A DNA stretch of 38,336 nucleotides from a virus, in IMG/VR virus record IMGVR_UViG_3300045988_155739, positions 1 to 38,336 of that record. One strand, given 5' to 3'. The notes under the pieces are model-generated. The model was not told the DNA's origin. It searched no databases and saw only the letters and a list, made by a program, of their open reading frames with translations. Made by a program: the position numbers and the translations under genes. Of this stretch, positions 1 to 9,772 are shown in pieces (positions within the stretch are counted from its first letter, which is position 1; each line of letters begins with the position of its first letter).

Positions 1-71
1 ACCAGAGTTTGAACAAAATCAAGCTCTGGTTCTTGCATTGATTTAAAATATGATGTATAATATTTTCGTAT

Positions 72-148
72 GCACTTATAGCTCAGGTGGATAGAGCGCT
101 CCCCTCCTAAGGGAGAGGCCGCTGGTTCGAATCCAGCTAAGTGCACCA
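72..148 (+). tRNA. tRNA-Arg, anticodon CCT
   Basis: Cloverleaf: acceptor GCACTTA/TAAGTGC, anticodon arm CTCCC-CTCCTAA-GGGAG, T arm GCTGG-TTCGAAT-CCAGC, then ACCA. Confidence 0.95.
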
Positions 149-171
149 CTTCCAAAGGAGATAGATAAGTT

Positions 172-185
172 TAGGCGAAATTTAG
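172..185. repeat. Putative att core, left copy (TAGGCGAAATTTAG)
   Basis: Exact 14-bp match to 38323-38336, between the tRNA and the integrase gene. Confidence 0.7.
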
Positions 186-206
186 GCGAACTCGTGCTTA
201 AAAAAA

Positions 207-1310
207 TTACTTAAATAACTTGTCTATTTTTTTTGTTGCTTTTTTATCATTACTCTCTAAAGCGTGAACATAAATGTTTGTAGTTGATATATCCGTATGT
301 CCCAACCTATTTTGAACTGTTTTTAAATCTGTTCCATTGCTTAACAAATATGTAGCATGAGAATGTCTTAATTCGTGATAAGAAATTTTAGGTAAATCAT
401 TTTCTTTTACAAATGCTCTTAACCATTTATCTATAGTACTTACTGAAATGTTTTCAAATAGATATTCAGTTTTAAAATTATAATTGATAAGCATTTTTTT
501 TATGATTTCTGGCATTTCTAAAATTCTATCAGAACCAGTTGTTTTTAAATCTGTATAGATTTTTCCTTGATGAGGTACATATTCACAGGAAGTATTAACC
601 CAGAATTTATTTTCATTGAATTGCAATGACAGTTTATTTGTTCCATAGCTTTCGGCCTTTCTAAGACCTAACGTTATAGCTAAATAACAAAGCAACTTAA
701 AATTTACATTATTAGATTTTTCCAATTTCTTTATAAATAATTTTAATTGTTCTGGGGTATAGAAGTTTCTTCTTTTAACTTCATGTCTTTTAGTTTTGGG
801 TTTTGGCACATTCTTATTAGGATTAATTTTTAGTATATTCATTTTTACAGCATAGGAAAGTATGCCACTTATTAAATTATAATGCTTATTTAAGTGTTCT
901 TGACCAAATGTATAATATTCAACTATTTCTCCATTAATATCTTTTTTAACTTTTTCATTTGCAATTGTATTATAAAAGGAATTTAATATAGAAGGAGTTA
1001 TTTTCCCTATCTTATAGCTCCCCAAATATTTTAATATTCGGTTATTTAACAGCCCTTTATAACCCTGTACAGTTACAGGTCTACATTGTTGTCTAGCGTA
1101 ATTATCTAAGTATGTTTGAGCAAATTCAGAAAAAGTAACAGTGTTTGAACTTTGATAAGTACCTTCCTCGATTTCTGTTATGAACTTAGCCAATAGTTTT
1201 TCTGCTTGTGTGGGAGTTTTGGCTTTTACATTTTTACTATACTTTTCACTGTCTAACTGATATTCTAATCTCCATACACCAGGTCGAACTTCTCTTTTAT
1301 ATCCTGCCAT
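207..1310 (-). CDS. int: Tyrosine recombinase / phage integrase
   Basis: 367 aa; catalytic motifs 'TLGLRKAE', '[15 protein letters not shown]', '[15 protein letters not shown]'. Confidence 0.95.
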   Translation of the reverse strand: MAGYKREVRPGVWRLEYQLDSEKYSKNVKAKTPTQAEKLLAKFITEIEEGTYQSSNTVTFSEFAQTYLDNYARQQCRPVTVQGYKGLLNNRILKYLGSYKIGKITPSILNSFYNTIANEKVKKDINGEIVEYYTFGQEHLNKHYNLISGILSYAVKMNILKINPNKNVPKPKTKRHEVKRRNFYTPEQLKLFIKKLEKSNNVNFKLLCYLAITLGLRKAESYGTNKLSLQFNENKFWVNTSCEYVPHQGKIYTDLKTTGSDRILEMPEIIKKMLINYNFKTEYLFENISVSTIDKWLRAFVKENDLPKISYHELRHSHATYLLSNGTDLKTVQNRLGHTDISTTNIYVHALESNDKKATKKIDKLFK

Positions 1311-2404
1311 TATTTCATCTCCATTTTACCAATATATTTACCAATTATCTTTATTTCTGTGTCATTTCCATAAACCTGAGTAGTAAAACTTGGGTCATTA
1401 CTTAATGGCTCTAGTATTATTAAATCTCCTTGCTTAGAGAATTTCTTTAATGTAGCATCATAACCATTTACCAATACAACAGCAATATCTCCGTTTTCAA
1501 CTACATCAGTTTTTCTAATAAGAGCATAAGCACCATTTTTTATTTCTTTGTTCATACTTTCTCCATTTACACGAAGGAAAAAACATTCTTCAGGTTCTGT
1601 AATATTCATCAAATCTGGATCAATAGGTATTCTACCCTCTATACATTCTTCTGCCCAGTTAGGTTGTCCTGCACTTATTCTTCCATACACAGGACACATA
1701 TAGAATTTATTAGAGGTACTATTTATATTTGACAATTGAGTTTTTGACTCTTTATAAGTTTGATAAAATGTATTTAATATATTTTGAAATAAATTAATTA
1801 AACTTATTATTTTATTTATTGTAGAATTATTTATGCTATAATTAATTGTATTTACTAAAAACAATGGCTTCTCTTTTGTTGCTATGCTTATTGTTTTGGC
1901 GTTGACTAAAACATCAATTAAACTATTATGAATAGATAAAAAATAATTCTTATTTTTTGCATCTGTAAAATTTGTAATTTTTTTATCTTCATTAAAATAC
2001 ATACCTTTAGAATACAAATTTAATTGATTAATAGTATAATTGCAATAATAATTGAAATTGTTAATTATTAATTTTATTCTTTGCAAAGGCAAATTAGCTT
2101 CAATCAAAATATTAAAGGAATTGAATACATGCTTATCTACTTCATAAGAAGCTAATAACGTTTCACCAAGAATTGCCTCGTTTTTATATTCACTATTTCC
2201 CATTAAGTAATCTATTGAACAGTTAAACAACTTACATAACTTTATTTTTATTTCATCACTAGGAGTTATTTTACCACTTTCATAATTTGCAATACTTGAT
2301 TTGCCTTTTAACCCCAATTTAAAAGCTAATTCCTCTTGAGTTAAACCAGCATCTGTTCTTAATTTTTTTATTCTTAAAGAAAGAATATTTTGATTTTCTT
2401 CCAT
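1310..2404 (-). CDS. CI/LexA-like repressor: HTH_XRE N-terminus, S24-type peptidase C-terminus
   Basis: '[30 protein letters not shown]' HTH; '[13 protein letters not shown]...[24 protein letters not shown]' S24-like region. Confidence 0.85.
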   Translation of the reverse strand: MEENQNILSLRIKKLRTDAGLTQEELAFKLGLKGKSSIANYESGKITPSDEIKIKLCKLFNCSIDYLMGNSEYKNEAILGETLLASYEVDKHVFNSFNILIEANLPLQRIKLIINNFNYYCNYTINQLNLYSKGMYFNEDKKITNFTDAKNKNYFLSIHNSLIDVLVNAKTISIATKEKPLFLVNTINYSINNSTINKIISLINLFQNILNTFYQTYKESKTQLSNINSTSNKFYMCPVYGRISAGQPNWAEECIEGRIPIDPDLMNITEPEECFFLRVNGESMNKEIKNGAYALIRKTDVVENGDIAVVLVNGYDATLKKFSKQGDLIILEPLSNDPSFTTQVYGNDTEIKIIGKYIGKMEMK

Positions 2405-2493
2405 ATTTCTTCACTCCTTATAAATTATATTTTAACACAATGTTCAATAAAAGTAAACACTAAAAAAATTTTTTTCTTACTCTCCCTAAGGCA

Positions 2494-2566
2494 AGTTCAA
2501 CATCAAAAAACTTTTTTTAAAAATAGTATTGACAAGTTCAATAATAATATACTATAATAAGTTCAA
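2494..2566. promoter_or_regulatory. Putative repressor operators: repeated AGTTCAA elements
   Basis: AGTTCAA at 2494-2500, 2535-2541 and 2560-2566 (related TGTTCAA near 2441) in the divergent repressor/XRE intergenic region. Confidence 0.5.
2529..2558 (+). promoter_or_regulatory. Putative early rightward promoter (TTGACA, 18 nt, TATAAT)
   Basis: TTGACA 2529-2534 and TATAAT 2553-2558, overlapped by AGTTCAA elements. Confidence 0.65.
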
Positions 2567-2590
2567 CGTTAAGATACTTGGAGGTGTAAA

Positions 2591-2815
2591 ATGACAAAAG
2601 AAATATTAATAGTTGATACGCCAGCACTAAAAAAAGCTAGAGAACTAAAGGGTTTTTCTCATAGGGATATGTCAAAATTTTTAGAAGCTAAAAGCCCAGC
2701 TACATATTATAATATTGAAACGGGAAAAGTAGAACCTAAAATTGGACAAGCACTAAAAATTAGTAAACTTTTAAAAGAACCAGTAACAAAATTTTTTAAA
2801 TTAAAAGTTCAATGA
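2591..2815 (+). CDS. Small XRE-family regulator (Cro-like)
   Basis: 'LKKARELKGFSHRDMSKFLEAKSPATYYNIETGKVEPKIG' HTH; RBS ggaggtg. Confidence 0.8.
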   Translation: MTKEILIVDTPALKKARELKGFSHRDMSKFLEAKSPATYYNIETGKVEPKIGQALKISKLLKEPVTKFFKLKVQ

Positions 2816-2856
2816 TAATGAACAATAAGAGAAAGGAGAAAGAGAGTGTGAATAAT

Positions 2857-3585
2857 ATGAAAATCTTTCAAGACGGATTAATTAAAGTTTATGAGAATGA
2901 TAGGCAAGAACAAATTGTAAATGCAAGGGAATTACATACGGCGTTAAACAATAAGAGGCAATTTACGGACTGGATAAAACAAAGAATAGAACAATATGGA
3001 TTCATTGAAAATATTGACTTCACAATTTTTTCACAAAATTGTGAAAAACCTCAAGGTGGAAGACCATCAACAGAATATGCACTTACATTAGATACCGCAA
3101 AAGAAATAGCCATGGTAGAAAATAATGAACAGGGAAGAAAAATAAGAAGATATTTCATTGAAGTAGAAAAAAAAGCCAGAAATATGTTTGAAATTCCTAA
3201 AACATTGCCAGAAGCATTAAGAAAAGCAGCAGAATTAGCAGAACAATTAGAGCAACAGAAACCCAAGGTTTTATTTGCTGAAAGTGTTGAAACATCAAAA
3301 AATAGTGTTCTTATAAATGAACTTTCAAAAATATTAAAGCAAAATGGATATGATATTGGCCAAAATAGATTATTTGAGAAACTAAGAAATGAAGGATATT
3401 TGATAAAACAAAAAGGACAAAATTGGAATTTGCCAACACAAAAATCTATGGACATGGGACTGTTTGAAATAAAAAAAACAGTTGTAAATAAACCAAATGG
3501 AGATATTATAACAAAACCAACCACTAAAGTTACTGGAAAAGGACAAATTTATTTTATTAATAAATTTTTGAAAGAGGTGGGTTAA
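2857..3585 (+). CDS. Phage antirepressor (AntA/AntB N-terminus, KilAC-like C-terminus)
   Basis: 'VNARELHTALNNKRQFTDWIKQRIEQYGFIENIDF' and 'SVLINELSKILKQNGYDIGQNRLFEKLRNEGYL'; ATG 2857 preferred over the upstream in-frame start. Confidence 0.85.
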   Translation: MKIFQDGLIKVYENDRQEQIVNARELHTALNNKRQFTDWIKQRIEQYGFIENIDFTIFSQNCEKPQGGRPSTEYALTLDTAKEIAMVENNEQGRKIRRYFIEVEKKARNMFEIPKTLPEALRKAAELAEQLEQQKPKVLFAESVETSKNSVLINELSKILKQNGYDIGQNRLFEKLRNEGYLIKQKGQNWNLPTQKSMDMGLFEIKKTVVNKPNGDIITKPTTKVTGKGQIYFINKFLKEVG

Positions 3586-3869
3586 TGGAACAACATTTAT
3601 TAACAATAGAGGAAACAAAACAATTCTTTAGAGTAAAAGACAACAGAACAATACATAAGTTTATAAGACAAGGGCTAAAATGTTTTAAAGTTGGAACAAG
3701 GGATTACAGATTTGACATACAAGACATTAAAGAATTTGTTGAAACTCAAAAACAATTATCACAAGATACTTTAGAAATAAAACCTATGAAAAGAAAGACA
3801 AAGAGCAAAACAATTAATGTTGACTTCACGAAAAGAAAAATAAATCTGGAATTGAACAAGGTTGTTTAG
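3585..3869 (+). CDS. Excisionase-like / helix-turn-helix DNA-binding protein
   Basis: 'LTIEETKQFFRVKDNRTIHKFIRQGLKCFKVGTRDYRFDIQDIKEFVE'. Confidence 0.65.
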   Translation: MEQHLLTIEETKQFFRVKDNRTIHKFIRQGLKCFKVGTRDYRFDIQDIKEFVETQKQLSQDTLEIKPMKRKTKSKTINVDFTKRKINLELNKVV

Positions 3870-3884
3870 AAAGGGGAAAAACAA

Positions 3885-4070
3885 ATGATTAGTTATTGGT
3901 TAGATGTAATGTTATGTGGAATGGTAGTGCTAGGAAGATTAGTACAAGCAATAGTAATAGCAATATTATTACAATACACATTTAATAAGTTTTTAAATAT
4001 TAATTTATTTAAAAGTTTTTGGAAACTTTCAGATAAATTAGACAAAAAAATAATAAAAATATTTGGATAG
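3885..4070 (+). CDS. Small hydrophobic protein
   Basis: 61 aa with an N-terminal hydrophobic stretch, in tight operon spacing. Confidence 0.5.
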   Translation: MISYWLDVMLCGMVVLGRLVQAIVIAILLQYTFNKFLNINLFKSFWKLSDKLDKKIIKIFG

Positions 4071-4082
4071 GAGGTGTGAAGA

Positions 4083-4292
4083 ATGTTTACAAAGAAAGAC
4101 AGAAAAATAGCAAACTTAGAAGTAAAGGTAAAAAACAGGGATAAGGTAATTGAACATTGTGGTAGCAAGATAAAAGAACAAGAAGATTTTATTTGCCAAA
4201 TCGTAGACTTAGTAACAAAAAACGATTGTAATAGACCTGATTTAATTTTAGCAAAAATAAGAGAACTAGTTAGACCGCTAAATCAAAACTAG
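4083..4292 (+). CDS. Hypothetical phage protein
   Basis: 69 aa; RBS ggaggtg just upstream. Confidence 0.6.
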   Translation: MFTKKDRKIANLEVKVKNRDKVIEHCGSKIKEQEDFICQIVDLVTKNDCNRPDLILAKIRELVRPLNQN

Positions 4293-4373
4293 TTCAACAA
4301 AAGTTTCAAAAAATAATAACTTTAATTTATTATAGCAGAAATTAATTTAAAAATCAAGAGGAGGAAAAATGAA

Positions 4374-4511
4374 ATGCCAGAACTAGATAATTTAATGGTT
4401 ATGCCAGATGTTGAATACAACACAAACGAAGATTACTGGCAAAGACAAGAAGAGATATGGGCAGAAAAAGAAGACACAGCTTGGGAAGATTACAGAGATA
4501 ATAATTTATAG
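4374..4511 (+). CDS. Hypothetical small acidic protein
   Basis: 45 aa 'MPELDNLMVMPDVEYNTNEDYWQRQEEIWAEKEDTAWEDYRDNNL'; RBS gaggagg; not on the ORF track because of its length. Confidence 0.6.
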   Translation: MPELDNLMVMPDVEYNTNEDYWQRQEEIWAEKEDTAWEDYRDNNL

Positions 4512-4521
4512 GAGGATAGAT

Positions 4522-5169
4522 ATGTTAAAAAGTTATGAAGAGTTAAGAAAAATTGATGTGAGTAAATGGACTGAAAAAAGAGATGGAGCAGATTATTTGA
4601 ATTGGGCAAAAGTTGTTGACTTATTACATGAAAATGGGGCAGAGAAAGTTTATTTTGAACCAGTTGTAAATGAAACAACAGGAAGTAGCTTGTATATGAC
4701 AGAACAGATTTTTACAGATAATAAGGGAAATACAAATAGAGTTTATGAAACAGCAGTAAGAATAGTAATTGACGATACAGAATTTATTCAAAGAGGACCT
4801 GTTACAAATGGTAGCAATCCTGTTAAAGACAATTCAATGACACAACAAAGACTTTGGAATTGTCAAACAAGATTATTTGTTAAGGGTGTCGCAATAAGAA
4901 CTGGTTTAGGTTTTGATTTATGGCTTAAAGAAGAATTAAAAGATGCTAAGGAAAACTGGGAAGATGATTTGTCAAAACATGATATTTTCAAAATTAAAGA
5001 AAGATGCCAACAAATCTATACACAAAAACTAAAAGAGGGATTATCAGTAAAGGAAATTGCAGAAAGGCTTCACAAAACAGAAGATGAAGTAAAAGCATTA
5101 TTTAGCTATTTTGATACTTTAAGTAATTTTGAAAAGGATTTATCAAACATTGATACAAAGTCAAGATAG
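4522..5169 (+). CDS. Single-strand annealing protein, Sak3/DUF1071-like
   Basis: 'DYLNWAKVVDLLHENGA...TGSSLYMTEQIFTDNKGNTNRVYETAVRIVIDD...QQRLWNCQTRLFVKGVAIRTGLG'; next to a YqaJ-like nuclease. Start at 4522 has RBS aggagg. Confidence 0.75.
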   Translation: MLKSYEELRKIDVSKWTEKRDGADYLNWAKVVDLLHENGAEKVYFEPVVNETTGSSLYMTEQIFTDNKGNTNRVYETAVRIVIDDTEFIQRGPVTNGSNPVKDNSMTQQRLWNCQTRLFVKGVAIRTGLGFDLWLKEELKDAKENWEDDLSKHDIFKIKERCQQIYTQKLKEGLSVKEIAERLHKTEDEVKALFSYFDTLSNFEKDLSNIDTKSR

Positions 5170-6007
5170 AAGTTATTACATAGGTTGTTCAGATACAAGT
5201 ATGGTAGTAGGAAACTGGAATACGAAAACATTTGAAAAATGGTGGCTTGAAAAAATAGGACTTAACAAAAATAGCTTTTCAAATGAGGCAACAAAAGCTG
5301 GAAATAATTACGAACATAAAATACTAGATAGCATAGAAATAGAAGGACTAGAAAAAGATAAGCAGATAATAATTGATAGATTAAGAGCTAATTTAGACGG
5401 AAATACAGATACTTGTATTTATGAAGTAAAAACACACAATATAGAAAAAGAATTTAAAGTATCGAAGCAATACTGGAGACAAGCACAAGTGGAAATGTAT
5501 GCAAGTGGAATACACAAACTATATATAGTTGCATACGGATTAATAGAAAATGATTATAACAATTATTTTAATGTAATTGACAAGAAAAGACTTGAATTAA
5601 TACCAATAGAATACGAAGAAGAATTTATAAACAACGAGTATTTACCAAAATTAAAAATATTGATGGAATGTTTGAAAAAAGGAACATTTCCAAGAAAGGA
5701 AGATCAAATGAAACAGAATTTACAAATAGTTGGAACAACAAGAATATTTGCAAAAGAAAATAATGGAAAAACATTATACAGTACAAGCATAAGCAGTAAG
5801 AAACAAGATGGAACATATGACAGAATGTATATAGCAGTACAGTTACCAAAAAACACAGTATTACAAAACAACACAGATATAACAATATTAGAAGGGTTTA
5901 TGAGCTTTTATAAAAGTCAAGAGGGATTTGCGAAAATAAAAATAGTAGTAATGAAATTTGAAAAAGAAGAAGCAGCAGAAGAAGAAAAAAGCGACTTACC
6001 ATTTTAA
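5129..6007 (+). CDS. YqaJ-like viral recombinase exonuclease
   Basis: 'SYYIGCSDTSMVVGNWNT...EATKAGNNYEHKILDSI...LRANLDGNTDTCIYEVKTHN...YWRQAQVEMYA' matches nuclease-fold motifs. Confidence 0.8.
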   Translation: MKRIYQTLIQSQDRSYYIGCSDTSMVVGNWNTKTFEKWWLEKIGLNKNSFSNEATKAGNNYEHKILDSIEIEGLEKDKQIIIDRLRANLDGNTDTCIYEVKTHNIEKEFKVSKQYWRQAQVEMYASGIHKLYIVAYGLIENDYNNYFNVIDKKRLELIPIEYEEEFINNEYLPKLKILMECLKKGTFPRKEDQMKQNLQIVGTTRIFAKENNGKTLYSTSISSKKQDGTYDRMYIAVQLPKNTVLQNNTDITILEGFMSFYKSQEGFAKIKIVVMKFEKEEAAEEEKSDLPF

Positions 6008-6019
6008 TGGAGGTGTCTT

Positions 6020-6484
6020 ATGGAATTTGAAAAACTTTATATGTTTAATCCTTTTGCAATTCAAAACGCAGATAGTAGACAGATTGCAGATACATACGGT
6101 AGATTACAAAATGAGATAACAGAAAATGCAGATACAGGTTTTCTAATATCTAAAAATATAGAGATATATGCAAATATGAATTATTTAATAGGCGAAATGA
6201 TAGCAAGATTACAACAAGAATATGACACATTAAAAACAGATATATCAATACAGGAAAATAAACAAATCTATATGCAAAGGAAACAATGGCAAGAAACACA
6301 GAAAGAAAAACCACCTGCAATGAGTTATTTTGAGGCAATGGCTAAAGAGTTTGTGAAAGAAGATAGTAAAAAACTAGCAGAATTAGGCTCTAGGCTGTTT
6401 AGATTTAAGAAGGCATATGAGAGTATAGATAGCAAACAGAATGCCCTAAAAAAGAAAATTGAGGCGATTAGGTATGAAATTTAA
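6020..6484 (+). CDS. Hypothetical phage protein, coiled-coil
   Basis: 154 aa in the recombination operon. Confidence 0.6.
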   Translation: MEFEKLYMFNPFAIQNADSRQIADTYGRLQNEITENADTGFLISKNIEIYANMNYLIGEMIARLQQEYDTLKTDISIQENKQIYMQRKQWQETQKEKPPAMSYFEAMAKEFVKEDSKKLAELGSRLFRFKKAYESIDSKQNALKKKIEAIRYEI

Positions 6485-6747
6485 TGTAGTAACAGACCTA
6501 AGTAATAGCTTCCACCCAGTGCCTAAAGAAAAAAGAATAAAAAATAAAAAACTTTTGCAAGACAAAAAACGGAATATGTGAAATATGTGGTAAAAGAGGA
6601 CAAACAGAAAAACATCACATAAAAACAAAAGGCTCTGGAGGAAATGACACAAAAGAAAACTTAATAGAAGTATGTAGAATATGCCACACAAAAATACATA
6701 CTGGAGAAATAAAAATTAAAAATAGGAGGAAGAAAAATGGCAAATAA
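6474..6747 (+). CDS. HNH endonuclease-like, requires +1 shift at CGG 6570-6572
   Basis: Continuous when C6570 is skipped: 'MKFNVVTDLSNSFHPVPKEKRIKNKKLLQDKK-GICEICGKRGQTEKHHIKTKGSGGNDTKENLIEVCRICHTKIHTGEIKIKNRRKKNGK'. Length 274 nt = 91x3+1. Confidence 0.75.
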
Positions 6748-7057
6748 AAATGAAGTAATAATATCAACAGAAGAATACAAAGAACTTATAAGCAAAGGAG
6801 TAACAAATGGAAACGAAAATTGGTTTAAGAATAAATTAGAAGAATTTTTATTAGAAAACTTTAAAATAGATGGTCAAAAATTAGACGTTAAAGATAATTG
6901 GCATTTTTGTGATGCTATAGAAGTATGGTTAAAAATAATTGATAAGGACATGTATAAGAGAATTTACAACACATTATATGATGAAAAGATAAAGAAAGAA
7001 AACGACAAGATGAAAATGGAAAAAGCAAGAGCAAACAAAGAAATAGATAATAAATAA
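6737..7057 (+). CDS. Hypothetical phage protein
   Basis: 106 aa with RBS. Confidence 0.65.
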   Translation: MANKNEVIISTEEYKELISKGVTNGNENWFKNKLEEFLLENFKIDGQKLDVKDNWHFCDAIEVWLKIIDKDMYKRIYNTLYDEKIKKENDKMKMEKARANKEIDNK

Positions 7058-7094
7058 GCAACAGGGCTAGACATAAGTTTTAGCCCTGATTTTT

Positions 7095-7824
7095 ATGGGA
7101 GAGAATATGGAAGAAACATGGATAAAGTTGTATAGAAAAATAATGAAATCTCCCATTTGGGAGAATGAAAAAGCTCTAAAAATATGGATATGGTGTTTAT
7201 TAAAAGCAACTCATGAGGAACGAGAACAATTAGTAGGACAACAAGTAATTAAATTAAAAAAAGGACAATTTGTTTTTGGAAGAAAAAAAGCATCTGATGA
7301 ATTACAGATGAATGAAAACACAATATATAGATACATAAAATTGTTAAAAAAAATACGGAATGATAACAACAAAAAGTAACAACAAATTTACAGTTGTAAG
7401 TATTGAAAAATATAGTAATTACCAAGAAGATAAAAGAAAAATTGAACAACAAAATAACAACAAAATAACAACAAATGAACAACAAAATAACACAAACAAT
7501 AATGTAAAGAATGTTAATAACATTAAGAATATATATAGTGAATATCCTGAAGAATTAAAAAAAGCTTTAGATAGTTTCGTAGAAATGAGAAAAAAAATAA
7601 AATCTCCATTAACAGAAAAAGGAATGCAATTAGCTCTTAATAAATTAAAAAAGCTAAGCACGAATGAAGTAACACAGATAGAAATAATAAACGAAGCAGT
7701 GCTGAAGTGCTGGAAAAGTTTTTATCCATTAAAACAAGAGCAAAAAAATAAAAACAATTATGAACAAAGACAATATAATGCTTGCGAACTTAATAATTTA
7801 TATGCAAACAAAGGAGGGAGGTAA
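7095..7824 (+). CDS. Phage replication protein, DnaD/winged-helix-like, requires +1 shift at CGG 7356-7358
   Basis: The two track ORFs (7095-7379 and 7360-7824) join as 'IYRYIKLLKKI-GMITTKSNNKFTVVSIEKYSNYQEDK' when C7356 is skipped; 730 nt = 243x3+1. Confidence 0.8.
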
Positions 7825-7827
7825 ATT

Positions 7828-8151
7828 ATGATAACAGCAATAACAAGACAATTAAGTTTTGAAGATATAAAAACAAAACAAAAAATAAGATATAAACAAA
7901 TTTTAGACAGATTATGTTCTGGAAATAAGACAGCAAAAGAAATAGCAGTTGAATTATATGAGCTAGGTTATATACCAAGTACAGAAAGAAATTATACAGC
8001 ACCAAGGCTAACAGAATTAGAAAAAATGGGATATGTAAAAGTTGTAGACAAGCGAAAATGCCAATACACAGGAAAACAAGTTGCAGTATATAGAATGACA
8101 CAGGCAGGGCTTGAGGCAATAAATTATCAACATATTCCAAGAATTGATTAG
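7828..8151 (+). CDS. Winged-helix/transcriptional regulator-like phage protein
   Basis: 107 aa 'SGNKTAKEIAVELYELGYIPSTERNYTAPRLTELEKMGYVKVV'. Confidence 0.65.
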   Translation: MITAITRQLSFEDIKTKQKIRYKQILDRLCSGNKTAKEIAVELYELGYIPSTERNYTAPRLTELEKMGYVKVVDKRKCQYTGKQVAVYRMTQAGLEAINYQHIPRID

Positions 8152-8160
8152 GAGGCAATT

Positions 8161-8373
8161 ATGCAAGAAAAATGTAGTAAATGTGATAGTGAAGAACTAT
8201 TTGTAGAAATACAAGGAGATAGAAGAGGCTTGTATTGTGGCAAATGTGGAAAATGGCAAAAATGGATTACAAAGCAAGAATTACAAATAGCAAAATTTAA
8301 AGGATATAAAATTTTAGGAGGTAGTTATGGAACAATTATTAAGAGAAATAATAGAAGGACAAAAAGCTTATAG
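8161..8373 (+). CDS. Zinc-ribbon-like hypothetical protein
   Basis: 'CSKCDSEELFVEIQGDRRGLYCGKCGKWQKW'. Confidence 0.6.
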   Translation: MQEKCSKCDSEELFVEIQGDRRGLYCGKCGKWQKWITKQELQIAKFKGYKILGGSYGTIIKRNNRRTKSL

Positions 8374-8494
8374 GCTTAATAAGGCAAAACCTTATACATT
8401 TCAGGTAAGTAGAGGAAAAGGAACTAAGTTATACTTAACAAAAAGAATAGATTTATTAAGAGAACAGCTTTTAGATATTAAAAAGGAATTATAG
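8327..8494 (+). CDS. Hypothetical phage protein
   Basis: 55 aa 'MEQLLREIIEGQKAYRLNKAKPYTFQVSRGKGTKLYLTKRIDLLREQLLDIKKEL'; RBS aggaggt. Confidence 0.6.
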   Translation: MEQLLREIIEGQKAYRLNKAKPYTFQVSRGKGTKLYLTKRIDLLREQLLDIKKEL

Positions 8495-8497
8495 CTT

Positions 8498-8665
8498 ATG
8501 AAATATATAGAATTAACAGGTAAATGTAAAACTTGCATGGGTTGTAATCTATTAGAAATTACATTCTTTAGAGGGAAAAACGAGTGTGAAAACTATGTGA
8601 AGGCGAACGATAGTGGATTAAACTTATGCTGGAAAATTTTGAAAGGAGAGCAAATGAGGTTATGA
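8498..8665 (+). CDS. Cys-rich small hypothetical protein
   Basis: 55 aa 'MKYIELTGKCKTCMGCNLLEITFFRGKNECENYVKANDSGLNLCWKILKGEQMRL'. Confidence 0.55.
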   Translation: MKYIELTGKCKTCMGCNLLEITFFRGKNECENYVKANDSGLNLCWKILKGEQMRL

Positions 8666-9042
8666 GTATTAACAGTAAACAAAAAGGTAAAAGAGGAGAA
8701 CTCTATGTTGTAAATAAATTTAAAGATAATGGTTTTAAATGTAATAGAACAGCACAATTTAAAGGAAATACAGGAAGAGCAGATGACATAGAAGGGATAG
8801 ATTATATACATTGTGAAGTAAAGTTTGTAGAGAATTTAAACATAAGTAAAGCAATGGAACAGGCTGTAAGAGATAGTAAAGCAGGCGATAGACAAGCTTT
8901 TCCAACGGTATTTCATAAAAAGGCTAGAGAAGACTTATTGGTTAGTATGCGATTTGATGACTGGATACAGCTTTATAGAGAATATTATTCAAGCATGAGG
9001 CTAAAAGAACTTGGAGTAATTGAATTTGAAGGGGAGAGATAA
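8662..9042 (+). CDS. Holliday junction resolvase / restriction-like nuclease
   Basis: 'SKQKGKRGELYVVNKFKDNGFKCNRTAQFKGN...DYIHCEVKFVENLNISKAMEQAVRDS' (E..D..ExK pattern). Confidence 0.7.
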   Translation: MSINSKQKGKRGELYVVNKFKDNGFKCNRTAQFKGNTGRADDIEGIDYIHCEVKFVENLNISKAMEQAVRDSKAGDRQAFPTVFHKKAREDLLVSMRFDDWIQLYREYYSSMRLKELGVIEFEGER

Positions 9043-9045
9043 CAA

Positions 9046-9213
9046 ATGAATGAAAATAAATTTTTAAAAATACTAGTTATTATATTAACAATAATAAACT
9101 TGTTTATTTGCCTAAAAGGTATGAGATTAGAGTTAGAATACAACAAATTGAATAGGGAAAACGAAAACCTTAAAATTTTATTAATGGAGGATATGGGAAA
9201 TGAAAAAATTTAA
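9046..9213 (+). CDS. Small membrane protein with coiled coil
   Basis: 55 aa 'MNENKFLKILVIILTIINLFICLKGMRLELEYNKLNRENENLKILLMEDMGNEKI'. Confidence 0.5.
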   Translation: MNENKFLKILVIILTIINLFICLKGMRLELEYNKLNRENENLKILLMEDMGNEKI

Positions 9214-9772
9214 AATAGTTATTTTGTTAGGAATTATATTATTAGGAGCAATTTTATTAACGGGGTGTACAGAAACCCTAACATCAAGCACAGAGCAAGA
9301 AATAGAATCAACCTTAGGTATAGGAGATAAGCTATCTAAAAATCAACCAACACCAACGGATATTGATTATAGTTTAGAAAGATATAATTTAATACGCAGG
9401 ACTTATTGGGTAAACGGACAAAGGGAAAAAGCAAATACTTTAGTATGTGAGGTAGAGAAACCTTTGGGATACATAGCATTGTTTTTAGAAAACGGAAGTT
9501 GTGCAGGAAAATTCATAGTTGATGGAAAGATAACAAGTTTAAATAGTTTTTTAACACCAGACAGTGAATACTATGAGCTAATATACGGAGGCACATATTC
9601 AAAGGAAAACAAATGGTTACCAGATGTAGATGGTTCTTATGGTTCAAATGATAATGGAATATTCTTTTTTACACCAGATGGAAAGTATATAGAATGGACA
9701 GGAACATACTTATATAGCGATATACCATTTGAAGTGAAAGATACAGTAGTAACATACAAGGAGGTTCAATAA
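9200..9772 (+). CDS. Putative lipoprotein
   Basis: Signal peptide plus lipobox 'LLGAILLTGC'; 190 aa. Confidence 0.75.
   Translation: MKKFKIVILLGIILLGAILLTGCTETLTSSTEQEIESTLGIGDKLSKNQPTPTDIDYSLERYNLIRRTYWVNGQREKANTLVCEVEKPLGYIALFLENGSCAGKFIVDGKITSLNSFLTPDSEYYELIYGGTYSKENKWLPDVDGSYGSNDNGIFFFTPDGKYIEWTGTYLYSDIPFEVKDTVVTYKEVQ

Noticed and set aside
6564-6572. Classical -1 slippery site (A AAA AAC) in the HNH gene
   Set aside because: The heptamer is not in the correct phase and the downstream HNH frame is +1, not -1.
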